NCBI GenBank assembly: GCA_963743915.1
Contig: CAVURN010000005.1
Location: forward strand, 192,001-256,000
Direction: 5' to 3'
DNA length: 64,000 nucleotides
Source: an uncultured Actinomycetota bacterium
GTDB lineage: Bacteria > Actinomycetota > Actinomycetes > JAHEKZ01
Made by a program: the position numbers and the translations under genes
In this document: one piece after another, positions 31,054 through 41,728 of the stretch
Layout of the letters: every line of letters begins with the position of its first letter
How positions within the stretch are numbered: position 1 is the stretch's first letter
Notes under the pieces: generated by a model
Databases searched by the model: none
What the model was told of the DNA's origin: nothing
The model's input: only the letters and a program-made list of their open reading frames with translations

Positions 31054-32013
31054 CTACAGCGCCTGGACTCCCGCGTAGCGGGCGTTGGCGATCACGATGC
31101 CGGCCGGGGAGCTGACCAGCCGCAGCGTGTTGAGCGACGTCTCGCCGAAGGCGTTCGCCCGAGCGCTGGAGAGCGCGAGGACGCCCACCATGCGACCGCC
31201 GGCCTTCAGCGGCATCGACAGGAAGGTGGCCATCTCCCCTTCGTCCTCGGCGCCGAGGTTGCCCTCAGGGTCGGCAACCCGTGCCTGAAGGTCCCCGACG
31301 GCCACGTCCGCGCCGGTCGTGTCGGACGCCGCGTCCGCAAGTCCCTCGAAGAACTCCGCGTACTGCTGCTGCGACGTCTCGCGGGCCACCCGGATGTATG
31401 TGGAGTGGTCGTCGAGCATCAGCACCGAGGCGAGGTCGTAGTCGACCACGCGACTGAGCACGTCGAGGACCTCTGCGATCGTCTCCTCGAACCCGTGGAC
31501 ACCCGAGGCGATCTGTGTCACCTCAGCAGCGATCGACGACTCGAACAGCTTGCGGTCGAGCAGGTCGCTCACGCTGCCGAACACGTCGTCGTCCTGCATC
31601 TCGACGGGATCGGGTCGAAGGGGCGGACGCCCCCCGCGGCCGGCGTCAGCGGTGGCAAGCACCTCGTGGACGGCCTCCACCAGCTGGGGAGCCTCGAAGT
31701 CCTTGGTGAGGAAGCGATCGGCGCCGGCCTGCGCGCCCCAGTAACGGTCGCTGGCAGCGTCGAGCGAGGTCAGCAGCAGGATCGGGATGTCCGCTGTGCG
31801 CCAGTCGTCCTTGAGCAACCGGGCGGCCACGTAGCCGGAGACGCGGGGCATCTGGACGTCCAGCACCACCGCGTCCGGCATGTGGCGGAACACGAGCTGA
31901 ACCGCCTGAACCCCGTCCTCGCCCTGGACGACCGTGAACCCCTCGCGCTCCAGCACCGTTGACACGATGCGACGCAGCGTGGGGCTGTCGTCCGCAATGA
32001 CCACCGTCGGCAT
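31054..32013 (-). CDS. Response regulator: receiver + GAF-like domain, no enzymatic or DNA-binding output
   Basis: IADDS, LDVQMP, LLTS, FLTK receiver; C-terminal FLSMPLKAGGRMVGVLAL...F...L..V...AGIVIANAR GAF signature. Confidence 0.82.
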   Translation of the reverse strand: MPTVVIADDSPTLRRIVSTVLEREGFTVVQGEDGVQAVQLVFRHMPDAVVLDVQMPRVSGYVAARLLKDDWRTADIPILLLTSLDAASDRYWGAQAGADRFLTKDFEAPQLVEAVHEVLATADAGRGGRPPLRPDPVEMQDDDVFGSVSDLLDRKLFESSIAAEVTQIASGVHGFEETIAEVLDVLSRVVDYDLASVLMLDDHSTYIRVARETSQQQYAEFFEGLADAASDTTGADVAVGDLQARVADPEGNLGAEDEGEMATFLSMPLKAGGRMVGVLALSSARANAFGETSLNTLRLVSSPAGIVIANARYAGVQAL

Positions 32014-32044
32014 CAGGCGTCCTCTCTCTTCACTCCCCGAGGAC

Positions 32045-32071
32045 TTCGGCGGAAATCGCTCGTGACTTAAC
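32045..32071 (-). promoter_or_regulatory. sigma28 (FliA/WhiG)-like promoter for REC-GAF gene
   Basis: GTTAAG-N15-GCCGAA. Confidence 0.7.
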
Positions 32072-32094
32072 GGCCGGTCGCCGTCGGGAAGGCC

Positions 32095-34305
32095 TCAGCG
32101 GCCCACCAGTCGACGGACGGTGTCCACCAGCTGGTTCTGGTCGAACTCGCTCTTGAGCAGGTAGGCGTTCGCGCCGGCGTCCAGACCGGCCCGCTTGTCC
32201 GCCTCGTCCCCCCGGGAGGTCATGATCACCACGGGTACGGACTCCCATCCGCGCGTCCGACGGATCGTCCGGGTCAGGGTGAAGCCGTCCATGCCGGGCA
32301 TCTCGACGTCGGAGAGCACGAGGTCGACGGGATCCCCACCCAGGCGGGCGGCGCCGTCGGCTCCGTCCACTGCCGTCACGACGTCGTAGCCGGCACCTTC
32401 GAGGATCACCCGCTGGAGCTCACGCACGCCGATCGAGTCCTCGACCACCAGCACCCTTGCGCGTCCACCGCCTCGAGAGCCGGCGGCGGCCGGCGACGCC
32501 GGGGCATCGGTTGCACTCTCGACCGGACGCGCCACCGGGGCATCGAGCGCCACGCCGCGCGCGTACTGCTCGATGGCCAGCTCGCGGACGTCGAGCAGCA
32601 GCATGACACTGCCGTCGCTGTCGATGGTGCCCCCGCCGATGAAGGGAGGGCGTCCCAGGAAGCCGCCGAGGTCCTTGACCACGACCTCGAGCTCACCCTC
32701 CAGGGCGTCGACGGCCCAGGCCAGCTGCTCGGAGGCGTTGCCGTAGCGGACGACGACGCCCACCTTCGTCTCCCGCTCGCTGTGCGCGCCGAGGGCCCGG
32801 CCCAGGTCGGCCAACGGGATCGTCGATCCGTGCCGCACGAGGACCGGCGCGCCCGCGACGGTCGATGTCTCGACGTCGCCCAGGCTGATCGTCTCCACGA
32901 CGTTCGTCACGGGGACGGCGTAGCGCTCCTCGCCGAGCCGTGCCACCAGGCACCGCATGACGCCAAGCGTCACCGGGAGGGTCATCACGAAGGTGGTGCC
33001 GACGCCGAACTCGCTCTCGATCTCCACCGTTCCGCCGAGGTCCTCGACCGCCGTGCGGACCACGTCGAGTCCCACGCCCCGTCCGGAGGTGGACGTGACC
33101 TCGTCGCGGGTGCTGAAGCCGGGCTGGAAGAGCACCGAGAAGAGCTGCTGTCCCGTCACCTGGCTGTCCGCGGGAAGCAGCCCACGGTCGATCGCGGAGA
33201 TCCGGAGCGCCTCCTGGTCGATGCCGTGGCCGTCGTCGGCCACCTCGATCACGATCGTCGAGCCGGCAGCTCGGGCCGAGACGGTGACGGTGGCCTGAGG
33301 CGGCTTGCCGGCAGCAGCGCGCACGTCGGGTGCGTCGCAGCCGTGGTCGACCGCATTCGTCACCAGGTGACGAAGGGCGTCCGCCACGCCGTCGAGCACG
33401 CGGGTGTCGAGCTCGACGTCCTCACCGACCAGCCGAAGCCGCACGTCCTTGCCAGTCTCGGTCGCCACCTCACGCACCAGCTGCGGGAACGCGGCCACCA
33501 CCCGACGGACCGGAACCATGGCCAGACCCATGGCGCCGTCGCGCACCTGGGCGAGACGGTTCTGCGCGTCCTCCATCGAGCCGCGCATGTCGCGCACAGC
33601 TGCCTGGAACTGGTCCCCGAGAGCCACCAGGGCGTGGATGTTCTCCGACACCTCTGGCGGAAGGGTGACATCGGTGGCCGTGGCCTGACGCAGCAGTCGC
33701 ACGACGCGGAGGTGCTCGGCCGACATCGCCGTCAGCTCCAGCACTCCACGTTCGACCCGTCGGGTCTCGAGCTCGGCCTCACCGACCACGTCCAGCAGGG
33801 CATGGACCCGGCGGACCGGGACCCGGACCGACTCACCCATCTTCGGCCGGTTGTCGACGGTGTCCGTCTCGGTGTCGTCCTCGACGACCGCAGCCCGCGG
33901 CACCTCGACCGGGTTCTCCCCGTCGAGAGCGCTCCCCAACGCGGACACGAGAGCCGCCAGGTCATCGTCGGCGATCGGACGCTCGGAGCCCGGGAGGCCG
34001 CGGCGGATGCCTTCGGCAGCCGCGAGCAGCAGGTCGACCAGGTCGCGTCGAGGGTCGAACCGGCCGTCCCGCACCGCGCCGAGGAGGTCCTCGGAGAGGT
34101 GGGCGACCTCGACGACACCCTCGAGACCGAGCATGCGTGCCGAACCCTTGACGGTGTGGGCGTCGCGGAAGAGAGCCGCGACCAGCTGCCGCGGCTGCGG
34201 GTGGCCCTCGAGCTTGAGAAGCCCGTCGCAGAGCGAAGCCAGACGGTCCTCGACTTCCTGCCGGAACGTCGCCACCAGCTCCGGGTCGTTGGCCCAGCTG
34301 CTCAT
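32095..34305 (-). CDS. cheA: CheA-receiver hybrid kinase (Hpt, dimerisation, HATPase, CheW, REC)
   Basis: [13 protein letters not shown] (Hpt His), [28 protein letters not shown]-terminal VVEDS/LSDVEMP; start MSSWAND at ATGA overlap. Confidence 0.92.
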   Translation of the reverse strand: MSSWANDPELVATFRQEVEDRLASLCDGLLKLEGHPQPRQLVAALFRDAHTVKGSARMLGLEGVVEVAHLSEDLLGAVRDGRFDPRRDLVDLLLAAAEGIRRGLPGSERPIADDDLAALVSALGSALDGENPVEVPRAAVVEDDTETDTVDNRPKMGESVRVPVRRVHALLDVVGEAELETRRVERGVLELTAMSAEHLRVVRLLRQATATDVTLPPEVSENIHALVALGDQFQAAVRDMRGSMEDAQNRLAQVRDGAMGLAMVPVRRVVAAFPQLVREVATETGKDVRLRLVGEDVELDTRVLDGVADALRHLVTNAVDHGCDAPDVRAAAGKPPQATVTVSARAAGSTIVIEVADDGHGIDQEALRISAIDRGLLPADSQVTGQQLFSVLFQPGFSTRDEVTSTSGRGVGLDVVRTAVEDLGGTVEIESEFGVGTTFVMTLPVTLGVMRCLVARLGEERYAVPVTNVVETISLGDVETSTVAGAPVLVRHGSTIPLADLGRALGAHSERETKVGVVVRYGNASEQLAWAVDALEGELEVVVKDLGGFLGRPPFIGGGTIDSDGSVMLLLDVRELAIEQYARGVALDAPVARPVESATDAPASPAAAGSRGGGRARVLVVEDSIGVRELQRVILEGAGYDVVTAVDGADGAARLGGDPVDLVLSDVEMPGMDGFTLTRTIRRTRGWESVPVVIMTSRGDEADKRAGLDAGANAYLLKSEFDQNQLVDTVRRLVGR

Positions 34306-36042
34306 GCGTCCACCTGCTCTCGATTGTCGTCGGTGGTTTTGAATTGGGCGATGGAGGAGCGACAGGTCGGCGGCGAGGGTGTTCAGCTCGGTCGCGGCGG
34401 CGGCGGCCTGCTTGGAGCCGACCGCGTACTGCCGGGACACATCAGCGACCTGACCCATCGCCGAGACCACCTGCTCCGACGCCGACCTTTGCTGCTGGGT
34501 CGCAATGGAAATCTCCTTGGCCGCAGTGGTCGTCTCATCGACCATCCCAGAGATCTTCTCCAACGCCCCCACCACATCCCGCGCCAACGCCGACCCCGCA
34601 TGCACCTGCCGCGACCCCTCCTCAGAGGCCACGATCGTCGCGTTCGTCTCCGCCTGGATCTGCGTCACGATCGACTGGATCTGCCCCGCCGACTCCTGCG
34701 ACCGCTCCGCCAACTTCCGGATCTCCGCCGCCACCACCGCAAACCCCCGACCATGCTCCCCCGCCCGAGCCGCCTCGATCGCCGCATTCAACGCCAACAA
34801 ATTCGTCTGATCAGCCAACTCATCAATCACCTGCAAAATCCGGCCGATCTCCTGACCCTTCTCCCCCAACCCCAACGCCCGCGACGCAATCACATCCACC
34901 CGAGCCGCGATCTGATCCATCGACTCCACCGACGCCGACACCGCCACCTGACCCTGCTCAGCAAACCCCAACGTCTCCGACGCGAACGCCGCCACCTGCT
35001 CCGCCGTCTCCGCGATCTGCGCCGCCGTCGCCGCCAACTCCTCAATCGTCGCGCTCGTCTCCGCCACCGCCGAGGACTGCTGCGACGCAGCAGCCGCCTG
35101 CTCCCGAGCCGCCACCAACACCTGAGACGCCGCCGCCCCAATCCGCTCCCCACCCGACCGCACCCCAGCCACCAACCCCCGCAACGACCCCAACGTGTGA
35201 TCCAGGGAGCCGGAGAGGGCGAGGATGTATTGGCTGCGCTCGAAGCCGAAGTCTGTTCCCTCGTCGAGGTCGGAGACCTCGACCCGCGCGGTGAGGTCAC
35301 CCTGGGAGGCCGCCTCGAGTGCGACAGACAGCTGGCGCACCTGGTCGACGAGGAGGGCCTGGTCCCAGCCGGTTCCCTCGGCCGTGTCGTAGAGGGTGCG
35401 GCTGACTCCACGGACGATCAGGAAGGCGGCGGGCAGACCGATGCTGAGGGCCACTACAAGGGTGAAGGTCTGCGACCCAGGTGCGGGGAGCCCTCCGACG
35501 GCGATCCACTGGCTGACCGCTGGCAACAGGGCGAGCAGTGCCGCCATCGCCCAGCCCGACGCGTAGACCAGGACCGTGCCGAGGTAGGCCGAGCCGACCA
35601 CGACAGGCAGCCACTCCGCGCTGGTCACGCCCCCCGTCCAGATAGTGGCAAGCGCCACCACGACAACCTGCGCCATGCCCAGCAGGCCGTCCCACCGGTC
35701 CGTTCGGGCGTAGGTGTGGTGCTCCCGGTAGGCGCGGACCGCCAGCAACGACGCGGCAACGGCGATCACCGCTCCGACCGTCCACACCAACCACAGCTGG
35801 GCCTGGATCGGCTCCTTCTCCGCGACGTGCCACAGGAAGCCGATGAGGACGCTGAACGAGACCAGACCCGTGTGCAGAGAGATCGTCTCGCCGACGTTGC
35901 GGCGACTGAAGCTGAGGGAGGCGCCCCCCGCCTTGGTCCGGTCGATCGCGTCCAGGACAGTGCTGACCGACGACTCACTAGACGGCCGTCCGGACGAGAC
36001 TGCACCCGGCGACGGGTCGAGCGGCGCGCTCGTCGTGCTCAC
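34302..36042 (-). CDS. Methyl-accepting chemotaxis protein 1 (multi-TM sensor + ~40-heptad signalling domain); +1 base near 34360
   Basis: [27 protein letters not shown]; GAGGAGG RBS; removing the extra base gives ...[13 protein letters not shown] overlapping the cheA ATG. Confidence 0.9.
34327..35202 (-). repeat. MCP signalling cassette, copy 1 of 5
   Basis: Near nucleotide-identical to copies at ~36.7, 38.35, 40.03 and 41.76 kb. Confidence 0.95.
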
Positions 36043-36118
36043 TGCTCCTCCTCGAGGCGTGCTGGGCCGCACTGGCTCAGCCCAGGCAGGGACGAGCCAC
36101 ACGGGTTCCTGATGTCAG

Positions 36119-36159
36119 ATCGGCCCGAACCAGGCCCGGCTGTAGCCCGTTCGGGGGAC
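36119..36159 (-). promoter_or_regulatory. sigma28-like promoter with upstream operator-like element (MCP1-cheA)
   Basis: GTCCCCCGAACGGG-CTACAG-N15-GCCGAT; 20-mer at 36140-36159 is identical to 41657-41676. Confidence 0.7.
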
Positions 36160-36205
36160 AACGGAAAGCGCCAGCGGGTGCCGGATCTGGCCTTACACTG
36201 GCCGC

Positions 36206-36643
36206 ATGGCGAGGACCCGCTACCCGCTCCTGGTTGCGGGCGCGGGCATGGCGCTGCTCTCGGCATGTCAATCCTCAGGCATCAACGATCAGGACGCTTT
36301 CCTTGCCGAGGTACAGCTCTGCCCGGCCACCGGACGACTCCCCCAGAACCGCACACCCACCTGTGAAGTGCCACCAGAAGGTTTGATCTCCCTTGGCCTT
36401 GACGCCTGCAGCTGGCTTCACGGCCAGCCATTGGCCCGTCTCAAGCCAGCGTCCCAGCCTTACTGGAAGGACCCCCACGACGTGCATAACGTGGCCAGCC
36501 AGTTTGCACGGCAAGAACGCACCACGGCGGCCGTGCCACTGCAGGACGCCGAACAGTCGAATGTCGCGTACTTCGCCTGGCGCCATCTGTGCCGGGACCT
36601 GGAGACCCGGTACAACTTCAACGTGCACGAATACTCCGACTGA
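36206..36643 (+). CDS. Small Cys-containing lipoprotein (DUF732-like)
   Basis: Lipobox LSAC; DAFL...LISLGLDACSWL...AWRHLC pattern. Confidence 0.6.
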   Translation: MARTRYPLLVAGAGMALLSACQSSGINDQDAFLAEVQLCPATGRLPQNRTPTCEVPPEGLISLGLDACSWLHGQPLARLKPASQPYWKDPHDVHNVASQFARQERTTAAVPLQDAEQSNVAYFAWRHLCRDLETRYNFNVHEYSD

Positions 36644-36688
36644 CCATCCCACGCGGCCCGGCGGAGTGGTGCGGGCGACGGATCTGGC

Positions 36689-38248
36689 TCAGGCGTCGGT
36701 GGTTTTGAATTGGGCGATGGAGGAGGACAGGTCGGCGGCGAGGGTGTTCAGCTCGGTCGCGGCGGCGGCGGCCTGCTTGGAGCCGACCGCGTACTGCCGG
36801 GACACATCAGCGACCTGACCCATCGCCGAGACCACCTGCTCCGACGCCGACCTTTGCTGCTGGGTCGCAATGGAAATCTCTTTGGCCGCAGTGGTCGTCT
36901 CATCGACCATCCCAGAGATCTTCTCCAACGCCCCCACCACATCCCGCGCCAACGCCGACCCCGCATGCACCTGCCGCGACCCCTCCTCAGAGGCCACGAT
37001 CGTCGCGTTCGTCTCCGCCTGGATCTGCGTCACGATCGACTGGATCTGCCCCGCCGACTCCTGCGACCGCTCCGCCAACTTCCGGATCTCCGCCGCCACC
37101 ACCGCAAACCCCCGACCATGCTCCCCCGCCCGAGCCGCCTCGATCGCCGCATTCAACGCCAACAAATTCGTCTGATCAGCCAACTCATCAATCACCTGCA
37201 AAATCCGGCCGATCTCCTGACCCTTCTCCCCCAACCCCAACGCCCGCGACGCAATCACATCCACCCGAGCCGCGATCTGATCCATCGACTCCACCGACGC
37301 CGACACCGCCACCTGACCCTGCTCAGCAAACCCCAACGTCTCCGACGCGAACGCCGCCACCTGCTCCGCCGTCTCCGCGATCTGCGCCGCCGTCGCCGCC
37401 AACTCCTCAATCGTCGCGCTCGTCTCCGCCACCGCCGAGGACTGCTGCGACGCAGCAGCCGCCTGCTCCCGAGCCGCCACCAACACCTGAGACGCCGCCG
37501 CCCCAATCCGCTCCCCACCCGACCGCACCCCAGCCACCAACCCCCGCAGGTGGCCGAGCGTTTCGTCGAGGGACCCACTCAGCTCCTGCACGAAGACGGG
37601 CGCGTCGGCATCCACCGTTCCCAGGGTCACCACGAGGTTTCCGCGGGAGACATCGGCCAAAGCTGACGAGAGCTCCTCCACCTTGGCGTTCACCACGTCA
37701 CGCTCGGCATTGGCCTCGTACCGAAGGTCGTACAGGTACGACGCTGACTGCTCCATGAACCACGTGCTGAGGGCCAGTCCCAGGGCCACCATCACCCCGA
37801 CCGGGATCGTCGTGGGCCCCCAGGTGTCGGTCACGAAGCCCGTCGACAGGAAGGCGAGCGCGAGTCCGACACTCATGAACCGCAGAGTCTTGGGCACGAA
37901 GGTGACGCCGAGAAAGGGGATGACCACGAAGTAGGGAACCCAGGCCACCCCAGCCGGCCCACCGGTCGTGGCCGTCAGCGCGGTGATCGCTCCGAGCTGG
38001 AGCCAGACGGTCGGCTGGTCCCAGATTCCGGTGGTCTCGATCGGCAGCTGCCGGAGCCAGGCACGCGCCGCGAAGGTGGAGGCGACGGCGCCGGTGACAC
38101 AGGAGAACACCCAGAGGGCAGCGAGAACCGGCCAGGCGGCGGCCTCAACGTCCAGGTACCGCACCGTGAGCAGCGCAGCCAGGCCCAGCAGCAGGACCAC
38201 GCCCACATGCAGGCACAAGGTCGACAGGAAGTCGCGGCGGGTGAACAC
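36689..38248 (-). CDS. Methyl-accepting chemotaxis protein 2
   Basis: About 6 hydrophobic segments, then shared MCP signalling domain; intact frame ending QFKTTDA*; GAGGAG RBS. Confidence 0.92.
   Translation of the reverse strand: MFTRRDFLSTLCLHVGVVLLLGLAALLTVRYLDVEAAAWPVLAALWVFSCVTGAVASTFAARAWLRQLPIETTGIWDQPTVWLQLGAITALTATTGGPAGVAWVPYFVVIPFLGVTFVPKTLRFMSVGLALAFLSTGFVTDTWGPTTIPVGVMVALGLALSTWFMEQSASYLYDLRYEANAERDVVNAKVEELSSALADVSRGNLVVTLGTVDADAPVFVQELSGSLDETLGHLRGLVAGVRSGGERIGAAASQVLVAAREQAAAASQQSSAVAETSATIEELAATAAQIAETAEQVAAFASETLGFAEQGQVAVSASVESMDQIAARVDVIASRALGLGEKGQEIGRILQVIDELADQTNLLALNAAIEAARAGEHGRGFAVVAAEIRKLAERSQESAGQIQSIVTQIQAETNATIVASEEGSRQVHAGSALARDVVGALEKISGMVDETTTAAKEISIATQQQRSASEQVVSAMGQVADVSRQYAVGSKQAAAAATELNTLAADLSSSIAQFKTTDA
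36694..37548 (-). repeat. MCP signalling cassette, copy 2 of 5
   Basis: Direct sequence comparison with the other copies. Confidence 0.95.
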
Positions 38249-38301
38249 GGCACTCCTCGAGGTTCTGGGTCCGTGGGGATCTCCCAGTGGCCCAGTGAAG
38301 C

Positions 38302-38328
38302 GTCGACAGTTCGAGGACTGACCTGAAG
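38302..38328 (-). promoter_or_regulatory. sigma28-like promoter (MCP2)
   Basis: CTTCAG-N15-GTCGAC. Confidence 0.55.
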
Positions 38329-38346
38329 ACCTGCCTCAGTGGTGGC

Positions 38347-39967
38347 TCAGGCGTCGGTGGTTTTGAATTGGGCGATGGAGGAGCGACAGGTCGGCGGCGA
38401 GGGTGTTCAGCTCGGTCGCGGCGGCGGCGGCCTGCTTGGAGCCGACCGCGTACTGCCGGGACACATCAGCGACCTGACCCATCGCCGAGACCACCTGCTC
38501 CGACGCCGACCTTTGCTGCTGGGTCGCAATGGAAATCTCTTTGGCCGCAGTGGTCGTCTCATCGACCATCCCAGAGATCTTCTCCAACGCCCCCACCACA
38601 TCCCGCGCCAACGCCGACCCCGCATGCACCTGCCGCGACCCCTCCTCAGAGGCCACGATCGTCGCGTTCGTCTCCGCCTGGATCTGCGTCACGATCGACT
38701 GGATCTGCCCCGCCGACTCCTGCGACCGCTCCGCCAACTTCCGGATCTCCGCCGCCACCACCGCAAACCCCCGACCATGCTCCCCCGCCCGAGCCGCCTC
38801 GATCGCCGCATTCAACGCCAACAAATTCGTCTGATCAGCCAACTCATCAATCACCTGCAAAATCCGGCCGATCTCCTGACCCTTCTCCCCCAACCCCAAC
38901 GCCCGCGACGCAATCACATCCACCCGAGCCGCGATCTGATCCATCGACTCCACCGACGCCGACACCGCCACCTGACCCTGCTCAGCAAACCCCAACGTCT
39001 CCGACGCGAACGCCGCCACCTGCTCCGCCGTCTCCGCGATCTGCGCCGCCGTCGCCGCCAACTCCTCAATCGTCGCGCTCGTCTCCGCCACCGCCGAGGA
39101 CTGCTGCGACGCAGCAGCCGCCTGCTCCCGAGCCGCCACCAACACCTGAGACGCCGCCGCCCCAATCCGCTCCCCACCCGACCGCACCCCAGCCACCAAC
39201 CCCCGCAACGACCCCAACGTGTGATCGAACGACTGGGCGAGTCTCTCCACCGCGACCGCGTCGCCCTCGAGGGTCGAGAGCGCGACGGCGTGTCCCACCT
39301 CGGCGTCCAACCGGCCAGAAGCGGCCCGCTCCATCGCCGAGGACAGCTCCTCGACGCGAGTGTCCAGATGCGCGCGACTGCGGGCCAGGGTGTCGGCCTC
39401 GTCGTACAACGCGCGCGACAGTGTCCGGATCATCAGATAGCTGGTCGGGAGAACGGCACTCAGCGCCGCCGCCAGCAGGATGTCGAACCGGTCCGACGAG
39501 GCGGACATGAGGTACACCGCCCATGGCGACGCCAGCAGCACAAGAGCGACGTACCAGCGGAGCTCATGGACGAGGGCGCTTGCGAGGTAGGTGAGCGCCA
39601 CGAAGGAGAGGATCCACAAGGGGCTCTGGGCGCCGCCCGTCCAGGCCGCGCCCGCAACCACGGCCAGGGTTGCCGCGGCAGCCGTCGGACCGTCCCAGGG
39701 GTCGGTCTGGTCGTAGCCGTAGCCTCGACGCAGTGCCTGCAGGCTCAGCAGCGTGGTCGCCAGGGCCACCAGGATCTGCACACCCATCACGACAGCGATC
39801 TGCGGTGGCACGGTGCTGCCGGTGGCCCACACCCAGCCCCCGGTGAGGACCAGGACCCCGAGCACCAGACCCCAGTGGAGAGTGATGGTCTCGACGGCGT
39901 TGCGGACGGAGAACCGGACGGATACGTCGGGTTCTGTCTCGCGAGCTGCCGCTGGCGACGAGCTCAT
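38347..39967 (-). CDS. Methyl-accepting chemotaxis protein 3; +1 base near 38384
   Basis: Multi-TM N-terminus + shared signalling domain; ATGA overlap with MCP4; corrected frame ends QFKTTDA*. Confidence 0.9.
38351..39226 (-). repeat. MCP signalling cassette, copy 3 of 5
   Basis: Direct sequence comparison with the other copies. Confidence 0.95.
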
Positions 39968-41598
39968 GGCCCGGCGCCCCCTGACACCCCCGCCGTCTGG
40001 TTCTCAACAGGTACGTCATGCGCCTTGAATTGGGCGATGGAGGAGGACAGGTCGGCGGCGAGGGTGTTCAGCTCGGTCGCGGCGGCGGCGGCCTGCTTGG
40101 AGCCGACCGCGTACTGCCGGGACACATCAGCGACCTGACCCATCGCCGAGACCACCTGCTCCGACGCCGACCTTTGCTGCTGGGTCGCAATGGAAATCTC
40201 CTTGGCCGCAGTGGTCGTCTCATCGACCATCCCAGAGATCTTCTCCAACGCCCCCACCACATCCCGCGCCAACGCCGACCCCGCATGCACCTGCCGCGAC
40301 CCCTCCTCAGAGGCCACGATCGTCGCGTTCGTCTCCGCCTGGATCTGCGTCACGATCGACTGGATCTGCCCCGCCGACTCCTGCGACCGCTCCGCCAACT
40401 TCCGGATCTCCGCCGCCACCACCGCAAACCCCCGACCATGCTCCCCCGCCCGAGCCGCCTCGATCGCCGCATTCAACGCCAACAAATTCGTCTGATCAGC
40501 CAACTCATCAATCACCTGCAAAATCCGGCCGATCTCCTGACCCTTCTCCCCCAACCCCAACGCCCGCGACGCAATCACATCCACCCGAGCCGCGATCTGA
40601 TCCATCGACTCCACCGACGCCGACACCGCCACCTGACCCTGCTCAGCAAACCCCAACGTCTCCGACGCGAACGCCGCCACCTGCTCAGCCGTCTCCGCGA
40701 TCTGCGCCGCCGTCGCCGCCAACTCCTCAATCGTCGCGCTCGTCTCCGCCACCGCCGAGGACTGCTGCGACGCAGCAGCCGCCTGCTCCCGAGCCGCCAC
40801 CAACACCTGAGACGCCGCCGCCCCAATCCGCTCCCCACCCGACCGCACCCCAGCCACCAACCCCCGCAACGACCCCAACGTGTGATCCAGGCGTCCAGCC
40901 AGGGATGCCGTCTGGTCGCCCTGCAGGGGCAGCTGGGCCATGGCCACCTCGAGGTCGCCCGCTGCGACGACGTCGGCAGCCCCCGACAAGGTGGCGACGT
41001 CGGACTCGACCGCCTTCCGCGTCGTGTGTGCCTCGTGCTGGGCGCGCAGCATGCTCATGGTCATCAGGTCGGTGACGGTGGCCAAGATGATGGCGAGCAC
41101 GCACAGCCCCACGCCGCGTGCTGCTCCCTCGCCGGACCAGGTGTCTGTCACGAGACCGACGATGCCGATCGCCCCGGCGATGAAGAAGCCAAGGAACCGG
41201 GCCACGAACCCGGCGAAGACGCCGCTGGCGTAGGTGATCATGACCAGCGACAACACAGGCACCGGAGTTTCCAGCCCGCCCGCGAACGCACCCATCGTCA
41301 AAGACACCCCGAGCGTCACCGCGGTCGTCGGACGGTCCCACCGGTCCGTCTCTTCGAAGGAGTCCCCACGACGGACCGCGCGTGTCGACAGCCAGCACAC
41401 CAGGGCGACGTTGGTGAGCAGGACGGCATACAGGCCGACCAGGGCCGGCACCTGAAGCACGATGTGCGGTTCGAAGACCGCCGTGGCCCAGACCAGGACG
41501 GGCGCCGCCACCAGCACCCCGAGGTGGGACGCGATGGTCTCGGTGCGAGACCGCGCCACATAGGGGATCTCGCTGTAGTCCACGTCGTCGGCGAACAC
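39964..41598 (-). CDS. Methyl-accepting chemotaxis protein 4
   Basis: Multi-TM N-terminus + shared signalling domain; intact frame; GGAGGAG RBS. Confidence 0.92.
   Translation of the reverse strand: MFADDVDYSEIPYVARSRTETIASHLGVLVAAPVLVWATAVFEPHIVLQVPALVGLYAVLLTNVALVCWLSTRAVRRGDSFEETDRWDRPTTAVTLGVSLTMGAFAGGLETPVPVLSLVMITYASGVFAGFVARFLGFFIAGAIGIVGLVTDTWSGEGAARGVGLCVLAIILATVTDLMTMSMLRAQHEAHTTRKAVESDVATLSGAADVVAAGDLEVAMAQLPLQGDQTASLAGRLDHTLGSLRGLVAGVRSGGERIGAAASQVLVAAREQAAAASQQSSAVAETSATIEELAATAAQIAETAEQVAAFASETLGFAEQGQVAVSASVESMDQIAARVDVIASRALGLGEKGQEIGRILQVIDELADQTNLLALNAAIEAARAGEHGRGFAVVAAEIRKLAERSQESAGQIQSIVTQIQAETNATIVASEEGSRQVHAGSALARDVVGALEKISGMVDETTTAAKEISIATQQQRSASEQVVSAMGQVADVSRQYAVGSKQAAAAATELNTLAADLSSSIAQFKAHDVPVENQTAGVSGGAGP
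40025..40891 (-). repeat. MCP signalling cassette, copy 4 of 5
   Basis: Direct sequence comparison with the other copies. Confidence 0.95.
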
Positions 41599-41635
41599 CG
41601 GCGCTCCTCCATCTTGATCGGGTGATCAGTACCTC

Positions 41636-41676
41636 TTCGACCAGCCCTGAAGGTGCCTGTAGCCCGTTCGGGGGAC
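41636..41676 (-). promoter_or_regulatory. sigma28-like promoter with upstream operator-like element (MCP4-MCP3)
   Basis: GTCCCCCGAACGGG-CTACAG-N15-GTCGAA. Confidence 0.7.
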
Positions 41677-41728
41677 TGCCCACGATCTGTCACATCGCGA
41701 TCCGGGTCTTCTCCGGCACCGCTCGCGC

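Noticed and set aside
32095-36102. 1335-aa MCP-CheA-REC fusion protein in the ORF track
   Set aside because: Depends on one extra base absent from cassette copies 2 and 4; removing it restores the QFKTTD ending and an ATGA overlap with cheA
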